Positions 49,701 to 63,492 of a stretch of DNA of 64,000 nt are shown here, piece by piece. The position numbers and the translations under genes were made by a program. This stretch comes from Callorhinchus milii. Taxonomy: Eukaryota. Each line of letters opens with the position of its first letter. Position 1 is the first letter of the stretch. The notes beneath the pieces were generated by a model. The model was not told the DNA's origin, made no database searches, and was given only the letters and a program-made list of their open reading frames with translations. The stretch is taken from assembly GCF_018977255.1 (NCBI RefSeq), contig NW_024704743.1, positions 87,546,001-87,610,000 on the forward strand, read 5' to 3'.

Positions 49701-52500
49701 TAAACTAAACAAATCATTGGCTCTTCACTGTATTCAGGTAAAGTAAGCAACTGCTGCCAGGTGATATCCCGTATCAGATGTAAAGAGATTCAAATACATA
49801 TCTCTTTTCTATGAATTTCACTGGCTGGGTTATTTTTGAATCACCAACAAAGATTTTCTGAAGGCTTGAAATTGATCAGGTTTCCAGCTGCAGCTGAGAT
49901 ACTTAATTTAAGTGTAAAGTTTAAAAAATTTCAAAAGAGCTACATTTCTGTAAAGTTGGCTTTGGTACCTTGCTATTCAGTAAAAAGAATCATTGAGGCA
50001 TACGGCAGTGGCAGATAACTTTTAAGGATTTCTATTTCTCCTCTCCTGTCAAGCATACCAGTCAAGGTTGAATCCTATACTCTCAATACAGGCAACTATC
50101 ACATTCCCATTGATTATTGCTTGAGGGATGCAAGCTCCTGATGCTAATTTAGTTATTTAACTGTCACATTACTCTGGGAGCACACTGCAGCCATGCTGTT
50201 ATCAGCTTCAGGTTTTAGAACAGAAAGAAGCTTAAGGTCTTTATTGCAACTGCAAAATTGTGTGTTACAATAATGATGTAAATTACAATGGTTGACGTAA
50301 TTTGGGGAGTTAAGGGGTAAACAAAGTTACTTGTACACTCTGAATTCCCACAGATTTTTATTGATTTTATTGGAGATACAATGTTTCAAGTACAAAACAC
50401 TCAAAAAGTCTCAGTTTTGCATGAGTTGAGGGCAGATTGTCTATAAAACACAAATTGTGTCTTTCTCTCATACACAGCATGAATATATATACAGTATATG
50501 CTTCTTTGGAACACCATAAACTAGATGGTGTGTTCCTTGTGAACTCAAAAGAGAAAAATATCCAGGCAGAAAATATAAACATGTAGAATCCAACAAATGA
50601 CTGAGTATAGGAGTTTGGCATCACTAGTTATATTAAATAATAACAAAATACCAGAAAAATTAAATTATTTACAATATTTAGTTCTATAACAATACAACTG
50701 TAGTCCATGCGATATGCAATGTGTTAACTTCTCTCTCATGTATGTTCATTAGAAAGTGGATCAAACAACAACAAATTTTTTTTTTAAAGACGTGTTTCAC
50801 GTCAGGAGGACGTCCCAAGGCGCTGAAAGGGGAAGGGAGGTAGAGGTTAATGGTCCCACCCCTTTATACCTTGACTCACCTGAGGATCATGTTGCACCTG
50901 CACCTCTGAGAGCGTCTTTGCCTTGGAAGTGCAGTTATCATCGTTCCTCCTCATCTCTGAAACGTTTGGTGCTCCACAATGTGCTGTTCCAAGATCTACA
51001 TTGCCCTCTGAGGTGCTTTAACTGGTGATGTGCAGTTGTACTGCTTGCTACAGAGTTGATTCTCGTGCAGGGGCCAGAGATTTGGGGAGGAGGATTTCAG
51101 CAAACAATCATTACCCAGGTCTCCCCCTTTCTTTGTTCCTCTCTGGAAAATCTGTCAAGATATAATAAACTGGTGGAACAGGCTCAATGGGCTGGATGGC
51201 CTCCCCCTGTTGCTGTTTTCCTATGTTCTAGTAAATTGTATGGAATGTGTTTAGGAATATCACAATTTTGACCCTAATAATTTGACTACATTTACTGGAT
51301 TGAGGATTGGATTTATTGTACTGCAATAGTCATTGTCCATTCTGTTATTGGAAGCTCATATTTGGCATTCCTCAGTTTCCAGTTGGAAATGACCATTGTC
51401 TTTTGCTTGGCAGCTTGTCTTTTTGGTCAGCCTGGTATCTGACACACAGATATGCCAAGCAATATCCCACAAATAGTGGAACAGTATGGTTCCTGTTAAA
51501 GATTTATTAATATTACCATCAAAGAGCTCTCCCACCACCTCCAAAAAAGGAACTGATTTTAAAGATGGAAGACCTTTTTATGCTTACTCTTGTGTTGTAA
51601 GATACCTGTCCCCTGTCCAATTTCAGGATGGAAAAGTTGGCAACCTATGACAAACTGAATGCTCAGATTTCCAACCCACTGCTAATGGAGTCTTATCACG
51701 AATAAAACAGTCCTTAGCAATCACTGGTCACAGGAGAATAAGCTATGTTGCTGCATGATGTTTACTGCTGTGCTTAGTGCAAGCATAGCCAAACTTTGAT
51801 TAACTTTACAAAATGCTAACTGCAAGAGGCCAACTAAGCCTAAGTAAGCAAATTAAGAAACAGTGAAAGGCTCATATAGCTTCATTGAGCTTAGCAAATA
51901 TAAAGCTTAAGCAACCAACAAACAAAAGTAATTTTGTTGAGGTTTTCTACACTGGGTAAAAGTACTAACAACTATTCATCCAAGAGCTTTTCTTGAGATG
52001 TACAGAATGGTTGACAATGATACTTTATTTCACTCTAACCTCTGGATCAGAAGATTGGAGGTTTAAATCCTATAAAACTCATAGTTCAGGCTGACACTAC
52101 TAAGGGACACTGCTTTTTGAGTGCCATCCTTCAGTTGAGACTTCAAACTGATGTCCCATCTGCCTGTTAAAATGGATATTAGAGATCCTATGGCATTAGA
52201 GGATGAATAACGTGTATTCTGGAAAGATGAGTCAATGGGGCGAGGTCCTTTTTCAAACCTCTCTTGAGAATTTCTAATGCTCAGGATCACTTTGGTTGCT
52301 CACCTATACATTCGATCAATGAAAATAATATCCTCCAAAATTTGCCTGTTATATACGAAAAAGGAAGATACTGTCTCTCAATATCCTAGCCAACAATCCT
52401 CCAGATAAAATTGTGCAGATGGCAAATTATCAGTACAAGTAACTGAAAATGCAATCCCAGAAGAAAATATTCAACACTTGTGCTTTCTTCCTCAACCTCT

Positions 52501-52782
52501 ATAATAATAATCCTTGCATTTGATATAGCGCTTTTCACGTCTTCTAGATGTCTCAAAGCTCTTCACAGAATAGACTGTAATGTGAATTGACTGTATATTT
52601 GTGGGTGAAACGCGGCAGCCAATTGCGCATAGCAGTGTCCCACAAACAGTCGTAGATTGAAGTGACCAATTTATTATTGTTTTTTTACTTGAGGGATTAT
52701 TATCAGTCGTGCAGCGTAAGGAAACTTGCCCAAGCATTCACCCTGCCGGGAATCAAACCCAGCTCTCTCGTTTTCAAAGCGA
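52501..52782 (-). mobile_element. tRNA-SINE, short subfamily, 5'-truncated
   Basis: Tail, body and B-box remnant. Confidence 0.85.
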
Positions 52783-53130
52783 TGCCTTGTTTACTCAATT
52801 CTATTCAGGAGGGGTCTTAGGTCCTTCATCATGGGATTACCATCTCTTCATATCCACTGTCCCCTCTTATGAATGACAGCATTAACTTTAAACATACAAG
52901 CAGTAGATCATTAGTCAGGGTAATTTCATTCTGTGAATATTGGTACAGGTACTGCATTATATTCACCCTATCTTCACTATAACGTATGGTTAATTTTCTA
53001 TGCCATTACCTCGATAAGCATTGCATATTTCTAGACATATTTGCTGGCATGCATATTTCATGAGGATCATTAGCATGATCAATTTCCAAGCACACCTTCC
53101 CACAGAATAAAACAAAGTGCAGAAATTAAC

Positions 53131-53342
53131 CTTTAACCAGTCATAGTGCAATGCCTCAGAATTTGGTTCATATCACTGATTTCCTTTCCAACCTCCCTGA
53201 GGGCACTCTGAGTCTCTAAGACCACATTGACCCAGCAGGTCACCTCCTGTGATGCTTGACGTCGACCCAGCATGGGCTTCCCACCCCCACCAGGAAGAAC
53301 ATCTTGTCACTCCAGAACAGCTTCCATAAGCACGTGCCTTGC
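53131..53342 (-). pseudogene. Possible decayed Myb/SANT-like (PIF/Harbinger-type) coding fragment
   Basis: Translates as ARHVLMEAVLE*QDVLPGGGGKPMLGRRQASQEVTCWVNVVLETQSALREVGKEISDM, resembling the spacing of Myb_DNA-bind_5 domains. By eye only. Confidence 0.35.
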
Positions 53343-55229
53343 CTGCAGGGAAATAGTACTTTTCTATTACGATGTTATGCTCCAAAAGTCTACACTCCAC
53401 AGCTGGATTCCTCTTCCTTCCCAACACTCTCGACACATTTAATGTGAGATTGTATAATTTCCCAGCTTCGGTGTTCACAGTTTTACTGATTTTCACTCAG
53501 ATTAATGTCCAAATCATTGATTACCCATATTTTGTTGTTTAAGAGAAATGTTGCAACACAGAGATAATAAAGTAGACAATAGTATCGTTTTTTGTTTATT
53601 TTGAGTACAGTTTGACATTTGCTCTGGAAAATATCTATGGGGTCTATTAAGCGCCATGTTGAAACCACAATTAAACCATGTGTAAATGCAATTACAGATA
53701 CCCTTAATTATACAAAATTAACAACCAATTAAAAATTATTGCAAAAACAATTTTACATTTATATAATGCTGTTCACATTTGGAGGATGTCTCAAAGCGTT
53801 TCACAGAGTCAAATTCCATCTGTAATTCCACTTTACACATGTTTACATAGTTTCCACATGTCATAAAATACCACATCAACAAATTGCATTTATACAGTGC
53901 CTATCACTTTGGGAGGACCTCCCAACTTACTGGACAGTCGAGGGTTTGCACCCGAGCTAGGGGCTGGATTCAGGAGGGCTGGTTCTAAGGTGGGGGGGTG
54001 GGATTAAGTGGGGGAAGATGATTTAAGACAGAGTCAAGGAGGAAGGTCTTGAAGAACGAGGAAATGGCGAGGTGAAGGGACTCAGGGATAAAGTTCCAGA
54101 GAGTGTGAGATAGGCTGAAAGCCCACCTGCCGATGATGGGGCGGGCAGGGTGGGGAACGTGAAGCAGACCAGTGCCTGCTGAATGGAGGCAGCTATTGGG
54201 TTGGAAGAGTTTAAGATGATCCAGAGATAGGGTGGGGCAAGTACGTTTATCAGGTGAGCAAACCAGGTGACCCTACTCGAAAAGAGAAGGGAGTTTCTCT
54301 CGGTGTCCTTGCCAACAATCCCCCAGACAAAATTTGTCATTTTCTTCATACTGTTTGTGTGATATTGCTGTACATAAATAGACTGTGTGTTCACCTCCAA
54401 ATATACAATCACTACACCTTACAATAAAAATCCTGAGAAACACTTTAAAACAGTTCAACAACATGAAAACAACAAACGAATTACATTTGTATCGCACTTT
54501 TCATGTAGCGAATACATCCTTATATTTGATGCAGCGATAAAGAACCACGTCAAATATATGGATTATTATTATACACTGCACCTCAAACAACAAAGCATTT
54601 CACCAGGGGGACATACACAAGTTGCTTTTCCAGGAAGCAAGTCTGTCTTTAAACTCTCAAAAAATGCAATAATGGACTTTTATTTGGAATGTTCAGATTT
54701 TTAACTCTCAGTGGAACACATTGACAAAACAATATTATACAGTCAGCTAACCATGCCCCACTAATTTCATTTAGAAACTGGGCTTTGATACAAAATGATG
54801 GGATAACAACAACAAATTACAAATTGGGTTTTGAAAGTCCAAAGTTACAAAACAATTAGGGAACTATATCTGATTTAAACTTTAATACGTTGCTTCCAGA
54901 TATTTGAAATGCAACCTTGTTTCTTCTGAAGAATTCATTTAATTGAAAACAATCCTTGGAAAAACGAGTTAAGGCAGTTGAAATAAAAATATTTATGAGT
55001 TACTTATATTTCAAATGCCCATGAAGGTAGAGATTTCAAACCGTCAATTTATATGTTTCACAAATACATCAGCCTTATATCTTAAATGACTAAACTGGTG
55101 CCTATAATTGGGTTAAATATAACTTTTGAAATGCTGTGTAAGAACATAAGTGTGTACAAAAGTATAGTCTGAGAAAAGGTCATTTGCCCACCGATTCCAT
55201 TCGTTACAAAGAGCACTCACAATTTATCC

Positions 55230-55649
55230 CCCCAGAGGAGAGAGCTCAAAATCCTTGTCCTCACCTTCAAAGCCTTCCATGGCCTTGCTCCTTCCTACCT
55301 CTATGGCCTGCTATCACCATGTCGACCTGTCTGCTCCCTCTGCTCAGCAGCCCCCAGCCTGCTCCATTTTCCCCCTCCCACCATTGGATGTCGTGCCTTC
55401 AGGCTCTCTGACCCCACCCTTTGGTATTCCATCCCACAGTCCCTTTGCCTCGCTTCCTCCCTTGCCTCCTTCATGGCACATCTCAAAGCCCTCCTCTTCG
55501 ACCACTCCTTCGTCCACCTTCCTACCCTCCCTGCTCTCCACCCCTCCTGTTCCCATCCCCCTACTTGGGTCCAAATCCCTTACTATTCAGCACCTTGGGA
55601 TGTCCTCCCGATGTGAAAGGCTATACAAATGTAATTTGTTGTTGTTGTT
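55230..55649 (+). mobile_element. L2 3' fragment
   Basis: KILVLTFKAFHGLAPSYL, with hairpin tail and TTG repeats. Confidence 0.85.
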
Positions 55650-57259
55650 ATCCCATCAGAAGCGTGAAATTCCACCTAGTCTTAAACTGTAGACAATTTT
55701 GCCTTAAGTTTTAAAAATGTGTAGAATTGTGGAAAATAATTGTTTAGACAACTACAATTTCGTTATGGCATTAACTTCTTTTTCCTGGGAGTCTATTCAA
55801 CATATGCACTACTCATGAAAGAGAGAACAAAAAAATCTAATCTCTAATCTTGCTTGAGGCACGCTAATTGTAAACTCATGTTATCTAGTTCTGCAATCAC
55901 ACTCTAAGTTAAATAACCTGTTACATCCACATTACCCGTGATTCTCATCCTGTTACTTATGCCTAAACGTTAAATTGAATGTTAAGAAAATCCCTTGTGA
56001 GCCCTTTAGGATAGACTTGTCTTTCTTCCCGTAAGATTGTGCTTTCCAGCGTTTTGTATTAAATGTCACCAACGTGCAGACACATTGAGTGAAGTCGTGC
56101 AAATTGAGAACGACATGGCTCACAGCTTTAATTGCATATGATTCAGCAGTCATCAGCACAAGTTGGAATTATTATAGCAGAAAACAACATATTACTTGTA
56201 CAAAGCGAGATTATAAAAATGAGTTGATGGCACATAACTTTTGAAATTGCTTTGTGACCTGTATTTATGCCTATGAATATTGCATTTTTTTATCCACAGA
56301 CTGTAGAAACAATGAGGAGCTTCCAATTCTTCCCAACTTCACATATTCTAGCACAGTTGACAGGTGTAAGGCAGAAGGATTACCAAATACTCCATGGACC
56401 ATTAGAACATAGAGACCATTCAACCTGTCAAACCTACTCTGCCATATTTATGGCAAATATTTTAATTGAATTTTCCTACTGTTTTCTTTGTACTCCTTAA
56501 TACCATTACTTCCCAAGTATCTACCTATCTTGTTTTTTAATATTCCCATTGATTCTGCCTCAATGACCTTATGTGCCTAGTGCCTTTGTGACTGAGATCA
56601 AGGGATCTGTGGAATGGGTTTGGCTTGTGTTGCACACTGTGGGATGTAATTCTCTCAGTTTGCTGGCCAACATTCCCTTGAATGAAAAATTGGTCATTCG
56701 CTCCATGGCTGTTTGTGGGACATTGCTGTGTGCAAATTGTTCACCTACAAAATACAGATTTTGGTACATCCTGTGAAGTGCTTTGAGACATCTGGACGAT
56801 ATGATAAAGGGTTATATCAAATGCAAGGATTATTATTATACCTGGGAAATGAATAAGCTCAAAAGGTTGGATGGCCTTAAGAACACATTGAATGAGAAAA
56901 GGCCCTGTTCCACCAATTTGTTCTTTCCATAGCCTGCCCAAAGTTCTATATTATTGTATCTGCTCAATCATTCAGGCCTTGGAGTGCCCCAGACAAGTTT
57001 CCTAACCAGTGACCTACAGATGATTAGAATAACTTCTTTCACGCCAGTTGAGTTTATCTAATGTGTAGGTGAGCCAAACAAATTGGAAGTTTCCCACATC
57101 TAATCCCTGATCTGTGCTGAATTAGCTGATTTTGGCCAATATGGCATGAGGTTTCACTCTTGCCTGGTTTCACTCTTACCTTTCTTATCGTTTCCACTTT
57201 GTATCTGCTAATAACACCATCACATGTGGCATTCCACAAGGCTCTGTGATAAGTTCTCT

Positions 57260-58307
57260 TTAATATTTACATGCTCAGTAAATATTACATTCAGTGATAT
57301 CATTCATAAGCATAGGATTAACTTCCACATATATGCAGATAACACGCAATCTCTCTGCCTCCACCCTCGACTCCAGGACCACTGCTGTCTTGACGGATTG
57401 CCTGTCAGACATCAAGTCCGAAATGAGAGCTAACTTTCTCTAGTTGAACGTCGACAAGACAGCGGCCCTTCTGCTTGGCACCTGTCAGCATCTCCTCACC
57501 TCAAACACTGACAGCACCACTATTCATGGATGCATTCTCCACCTCACCAAACCAGGATGGATTCTCGGTGTCGTGTTTGCCTCTTAACTCTCCTTTAACC
57601 CCCACATCCATACCATAACTAGTTCAGCCTTTCCCCCCCCCACCTCTGCAACGTTGTCTGTCTCGACCACTACTTCTCCTCTCCGGCTATCGAGACCCTT
57701 ATCCATGCTTTCATCATGCACAAGCATAACTATGCCAACTCTCTCCTCACTGGACTGTCCAACTCTTTCTTCCACAAACTGCAGATGTTTAGAACTCTGC
57801 AGCTTGTGTCCTCTCCTGCACCACGTTCCGTGAGCCTATCATCCCCATCCTCACTCACTCCACTGGTTCCCCATCCCCACAGAGGATCAAGTTTGAGATA
57901 CTCACCCTCACTTTAATACCCCTCCACAGTCTTGCCCCACCCTATGACCTGCTAAAACCTTACCAACCCATCCACTCCCTTCACTCGGCAGGCCTGCTTC
58001 ATGTCTATCACCTTGCCCGCCCCACCACAGGCAGTCCAAACTTTCAGCCCCCACCCTCTGGAATTCCTTCCCGAGGTCCCTTCACCTCCCTTCACCTCGT
58101 CCCTTCCCTTGCCTCCTTGAAGGTCCATCTCAAGAACTTCCTCTTTGACCTTGCCTTTAGCCACCTTCCCATCCCCAAACCCTTGCCGCTCTTGAATGCA
58201 ACCCCCTGCTCGGGTGCAAACACTTGAAAGTCCAGCACCTTGGGTCATCCTCCCGATGTGAACGGTGTTATATAAATGCAATTAGCTGTTGTTATTGTTG
58301 TTGTTAT
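57260..58307 (+). mobile_element. Old L2 fragment (RT C-terminal half to tail)
   Basis: INFHIYADNTQ motif, degenerate body and tail. Confidence 0.85.
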
Positions 58308-58869
58308 TGTGGGGGCACAATAATTGGCCTGAATGCCCCAGGGGATCCAGAGAGGGGAGAGGGAAATCAATCAGTGTAGGTGCTCCTGATGATCTCCAGC
58401 CACTCCAGTCACAAACATTAGGACACTTGGTGACGACAGGATTGGATTTGGTTGTGATGCTACCTGCACTCAAATAAAATGTGAATCCTCACTGTAGAAA
58501 AGTGACATAAGAATAACAGTAAGTTGGGTGAAGCGTGCATTAATGAAATGCATGGTAGAAGGGAAAAGGAGTCAAACACCTTAAGGAGAGATGTTTTCTT
58601 GAAGACATGATAAGGCGCTATATCAAATGCAAGGATTATTGCTATTATTATGGGGGAGGGAGAAAATTGGCAAGAAACAAAATCCTTCATTTTATCATTA
58701 AAGGGCATTAAATATACAAAAATAAATTGAACATATAAAATTGCATTGCAGTTATTTATAAGTGCTCATAAACAAATCCTCTAAACTTACGGAAGAGAGC
58801 AGAACACTTAGCTCAGATCAACAAATTCTTGATTTTGAGTGGCGTATGGAGCAGAGAAACAGCTCTAAG

Positions 58870-59490
58870 TCTCACTCACACACACATACACACACAGACT
58901 GCCTCTCTCTCTCTCTCTCTATCTCACACACACACACACAGACTGCCTCTCTCTCTCTATCTCACACACACACACAGACTGCCTCTCTCTCTCTATCTCA
59001 CACACACACACAGACTGCCTCTCTCTCTCTATCTCACACACACACACAGACTGCCTCTCTCTCTCTCTCTCTCGCTCTCACACACATACACATACAGACT
59101 ACCTCTCTCTCACACACACATGCACACAGACTGCCCCTCTCTCACACAGTCTTTCACACACACACACTCATACACACTAATAAACAGAATCTGCCTCTCA
59201 TACACACACATACACAGACTGTCTCTCTCTCTCTCACACACATACACATACAGACTGCCTCTCTCACACACACATATACATACAATCTGCCTCTCTCTCT
59301 CTCACACACACACACAGACTGTCTCTCACACACAGACTGCTTCTCTCACACACAGTCTTTCACACACGCACACACACACACACACACTCATACACACTAA
59401 TAAACAGAATCTGCCTCTTTCACACACACACAGTCTGCTCTCATATACACTAACAAACACTATCTGTCACACACACACACACACAGACAT
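58870..59490. repeat. Compound CA/CT minisatellite with a ~30-bp unit CAGACTGC(CT)nAT(CT)(CA)n
   Basis: Recurrent CAGACTGCCTCTCTC anchor; near-perfect units at 58925-59060. Confidence 0.9.
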
Positions 59491-60169
59491 AAGTGTGGCA
59501 CTCTAATACAGATACTTTATTGGCCTCCCTCACATGTGCACACACTCTTCATTTCCACTCACACACTCATCTTTTTTCCGTTTCAGTCTTTGCCAGTCAG
59601 AAATGTTCCTTATTAACACTCTCATGTTTTCAAAATTCAAAGGATGAATCGAATAGATAACCTGGAGGAAAATTTATGAAAAAATTAATTATGTATGTGT
59701 GTGTGTGAGGGAGAGAGTGGGAGAAGCTGAACAAGGGTAAGGCGTCCGCGTGTGAGATATAGATAAACTGGATGTGCGTGTACGAGAGAGAAAGGTTTGT
59801 ATGTGAGAAAGGTTTTAATGACACATATATCAATTCATATTAAATCCCAGTGCCTGTATTCAAATCCCATTGAATTGAGTGGAGCTCCTCTTTTTACACA
59901 GTTGGTTCTCAGTAGTTCTGCAATAGTACACATTACAGTTTATATATATATATACTGTATATATAAAAGCCATTGCAATACTGTGAACACCCATTAGATG
60001 CTATGTACATGCTCTGTATGCAAAGCTAAGTTTTAAAAATACTTGATTTTTATGGCTCTAGCAATGAAATATTGGAATATTTTCTGAATGGGGCAGTATT
60101 AGGTGGGGTGGATGAGCAAAGTTATCCTGGTAGTTCAGTTGATAGATCACTGGAAGTCAGTTCACAGGA

Positions 60170-60880
60170 ATAAAATAATAGTCAAAAAGCCAATGGGATG
60201 TTGGCCTTTATTGCAGAGGGCTGGAATATAAAACAACAGTTGTATAATGCTCCAGTCAGACCTCATTTGGAGTACTGTACTGTACTGTGTGCAGTTTTGG
60301 GTACTTTAGAAAAGATAGAGTGACTTTGGTGGTGGTGCACCATAAATTGACTAGAATGGTACCTGAATTGAAGGGGTTTAGTTATGAAGACAGAACACAC
60401 AACCTGGGGATCCTAAAATATACAGGCAATTTACTTTACAGTATATTCTGTGAAGCACTTTGAGACGTCTCAAAGACGTGATAAGGCGCTGTATCAAATG
60501 CAAGAATTATCATTACTACCTTGAGCAGAGAGGTTGAGGGGGGATCTTATTGAGGTTTTAAAATAGTAAAGGAGAGACTCATTCCCATGTTTCTAGAATG
60601 CAGAACAAGGAGACATGATGCAAAACATACAGGTTGACTTGCTTTTAGTGAAATCAGAAAAAAAATCTTTACTCAAAGAGTTGTGGGATTATGATACTTC
60701 CTCAAAGGAATGTTCATGCAAAATTGATAGAAATGGTTAAGAGGGAAATATATATAATACTTGGCCAGTAAGGTGATCAGGGTATGGGGTAAGGCAGGCA
60801 AACGGTATTGAGTAACAGATTATCTGTGATCTAAGAAAATGGTGGAGCAGGCTCAGTGTGCCAAATGGTTCTATGTTACT
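60170..60880 (+). mobile_element. CR1 LINE 3' region with a nested SINE tail (~60415-60517)
   Basis: KANGMLAFIA...VRPHLEYC.QFW coding remnants and a CR1-type tail GGTGGAGCAGGCTC...CTATGTT. Confidence 0.8.
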
Positions 60881-61951
60881 ATATGGTATGCATAATATAC
60901 TGTTATATATATACTAGAATTAAGTGGAACTCTGAAATGGTGTAATGGAACAGATGGCTGGTGAATCTGGAGAGAGTATACTTTGAACTGATGGTCAATA
61001 CCATTAAGTCAGACTCATTGGGGAAGCTTGAAATGCAGTCAGAATACCTGGATGTGTTTGTTACACTATTGTTTACAGTGAAACAAGGAGAAGAATGGAG
61101 TTGGTTAAATTACACAATCATAGGAGCGGGACCCTTTAAAGATGGTCCAAAAATAATCTAAAAAGACAAGAGGTTAAGAGGGAGCCAGTCAGACATAATG
61201 CTCCAGGCAGTACCATTCCTACATGCAATTCAATAAATCTATAAGACCAAAAAAAAAATTGGTTTATCCAAGAATACTGTGAATCAATACACATTCAATA
61301 ATTCAATAATTCTACATTCCTTTGATTTTGATCCTTATCTTTGAATTAGAACAGTAGGTCAAAATTTTTGTATATTTTCTGTGTTAGAAATGTCTTTAAG
61401 TACTTAAAGAGCTTTAGGAAAATGACCCAGAGGAGTTTGGAGAGTCTTTAAAATTTAATACAAAGTTGCCTGTTCTACCGGTAGTGTCAGGAAGATTAAT
61501 GAAGTAGTAGGAAGGGTATAATCAGTTATGATTGTATTTGACCTGAAGGATAATCATGATCATCTGACAGGTACTGCAACTATAATTACTTTATTTTCCA
61601 CAGAATCTCAAGTCCATATCCCAAGAGGATGCATCATTTAGCTGTCTTACAATTGTGCAAAAATATTTATCCTCCACCTTATTTATTTTTCTTTGGTTTC
61701 TGCTCCTTAGATTGCTCTCATGAGGCTGGAAATTCCAGCTAATCTAAAATGTAATATCATGCAAAACTGCAGAAAATTCTTAAAATTCATTCTTGATTTG
61801 GAAGCTGTCTTTCTGCAGTTATTAAAAAGAACGGGCTTCAAAATTAAGACTGGATTTAACTAATTCTACGAGATTTGAAGACAAGGACAGTATTACAGGC
61901 TAAAACTAGAAGGGGTTATGGCAATCTGAAGTTGGTATCTTATAGTTCTGT

Positions 61952-62280
61952 GGAGTCCTGTAGCTCAGTGGTTAGAGCACTCGCTTTGCAAGCGAGAGAC
62001 CTGAGTTTAATTCCAGGCAGGTCAGGGCGAAACCTTGGGCAAGTTTCCTTACTCCACACAGAGCCTAATAATAATCCCTCCAAAACCAAAAACAATAATA
62101 AATTGGTCATTTTCAATCTACGACTGTTTGTGGGACATTGCTTTGCGCAATTGGCTGCCGCGTTCGCCCACAAATATACAGTCAATTCACTTTACAGTGT
62201 GTTCTGTGAAGCGCTTTGGGACGTCCTCCCGACGTGAAAAGCGCTATATCAAATGCAAGGATTATTATTATTATTATTAT
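61952..62280 (+). mobile_element. Young full-length tRNA(Ala)-like SINE, short subfamily, with 11-bp target-site duplication
   Basis: TATAGTTCTGT at 61941-61951 and 62281-62291; near-identical to 18554-18877 and 63493-63812. Confidence 0.95.
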
Positions 62281-62856
62281 TATAGTTCTGTAGGTATCGG
62301 TTGTTCACTGGCCCCACACCCAAGTGGCCACTCTTCGTGGGCTAGCCTGGATGGTGAGTATAATCCAGGTATTTGTACCATTGCCAGAAGGAGAGCATCA
62401 CTGCTTAGCTCAGATCTGTTGCCACCTGATAACAGAGCATACTTCCAGCACCTGGGGTCACTGATAACTATCAATTGTTGTAACTGCAGCTGACTTTTCC
62501 CAGTCAATCATAACCCTGCGATGCAACCACCTAAATAAAGTAAGAACTTCACAATACATATTAGAGCAAACCTGACATTTCTGGTCTGTACATCCAACAA
62601 CACCCAGCACTGTTCCAGTTATGGTTATTGATAATAAGATAGGATAACAATATGTCTGCTGGTCAAGTTTATTTAATTCTGGTATTTAATGACATTACAT
62701 TTTGTTCCCCTCTTGCATTTATAAAATGCAGTTTTGTTTCAGATGTGTTTGATGTTAGAAATCATATTTGGTTAACAATGTGAAGTCTATGCCACTCAAA
62801 CTCTGCTCCAATCCAAACATTGCAATCACAAGTCATATCTTTCTAACCACAGTTTA

Positions 62857-62870
62857 CCTCTAGGGGGCAG
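62857..62870 (+). promoter_or_regulatory. CTCF-like motif
   Basis: CCTCTAGGGGGCAG versus core CCASYAGRKGGCRS; motif match only. Confidence 0.3.
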
Positions 62871-63492
62871 TCAATCTTTACGTTCATAAAGATACACTGG
62901 GCTGCACAACTCAAAGTAAATGTTTTTGCAAAAGTTTAGCTTTTGCAATGTCACAACATTGATAAAGATATCCAAGCTTTGTGCAAGGACATAGAAATTT
63001 GAAGGAAAGCCAATCAAAACTTGTGTAGGGTGCACGCTGTCACAACATAGACCTAAATTTGCTGCTGAAAATAATTATGTGGTGTTCATATCATGCGTGA
63101 AATCTGATTGGTGCCAACCAATTTGTCTTGTGAAGACTGAAAGAATTGCCTCTGTGAAGCTAATGAAAAAAATGACCTGTTATTTATTTGGGTTCTTCTC
63201 AGTTTGTTCTAAGCCTGGATATTTATGCAAGCAGGGATGTTTTGTTTGAATGCAAATAGTACTGTAATAACACTGGGTGCAGCAAGTAATGTTGGGATAA
63301 TGTTAAAACACAAACCACACTGATATTGAGTGTAAGACAAAATACAGTCACTCCACTTTACCGTATAGCCTGTGATGTGCTTTGAGACGTCTCTACAACG
63401 TGACAAGGCGCTATATCAAATGAAGGTATTATTATTGTTAAGAGGGCTATGTTTTTTCGGCACATTGTGTAGGGATATCAGATATCATGGAC

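Noticed and set aside
58762..59506. 212 and 225 aa ORFs
   Set aside because: Translations of the CA/CT minisatellite.
61952..62025. Possible tRNA-Ala gene
   Set aside because: It is the head of a dispersed SINE with a body, tail and target-site duplication.
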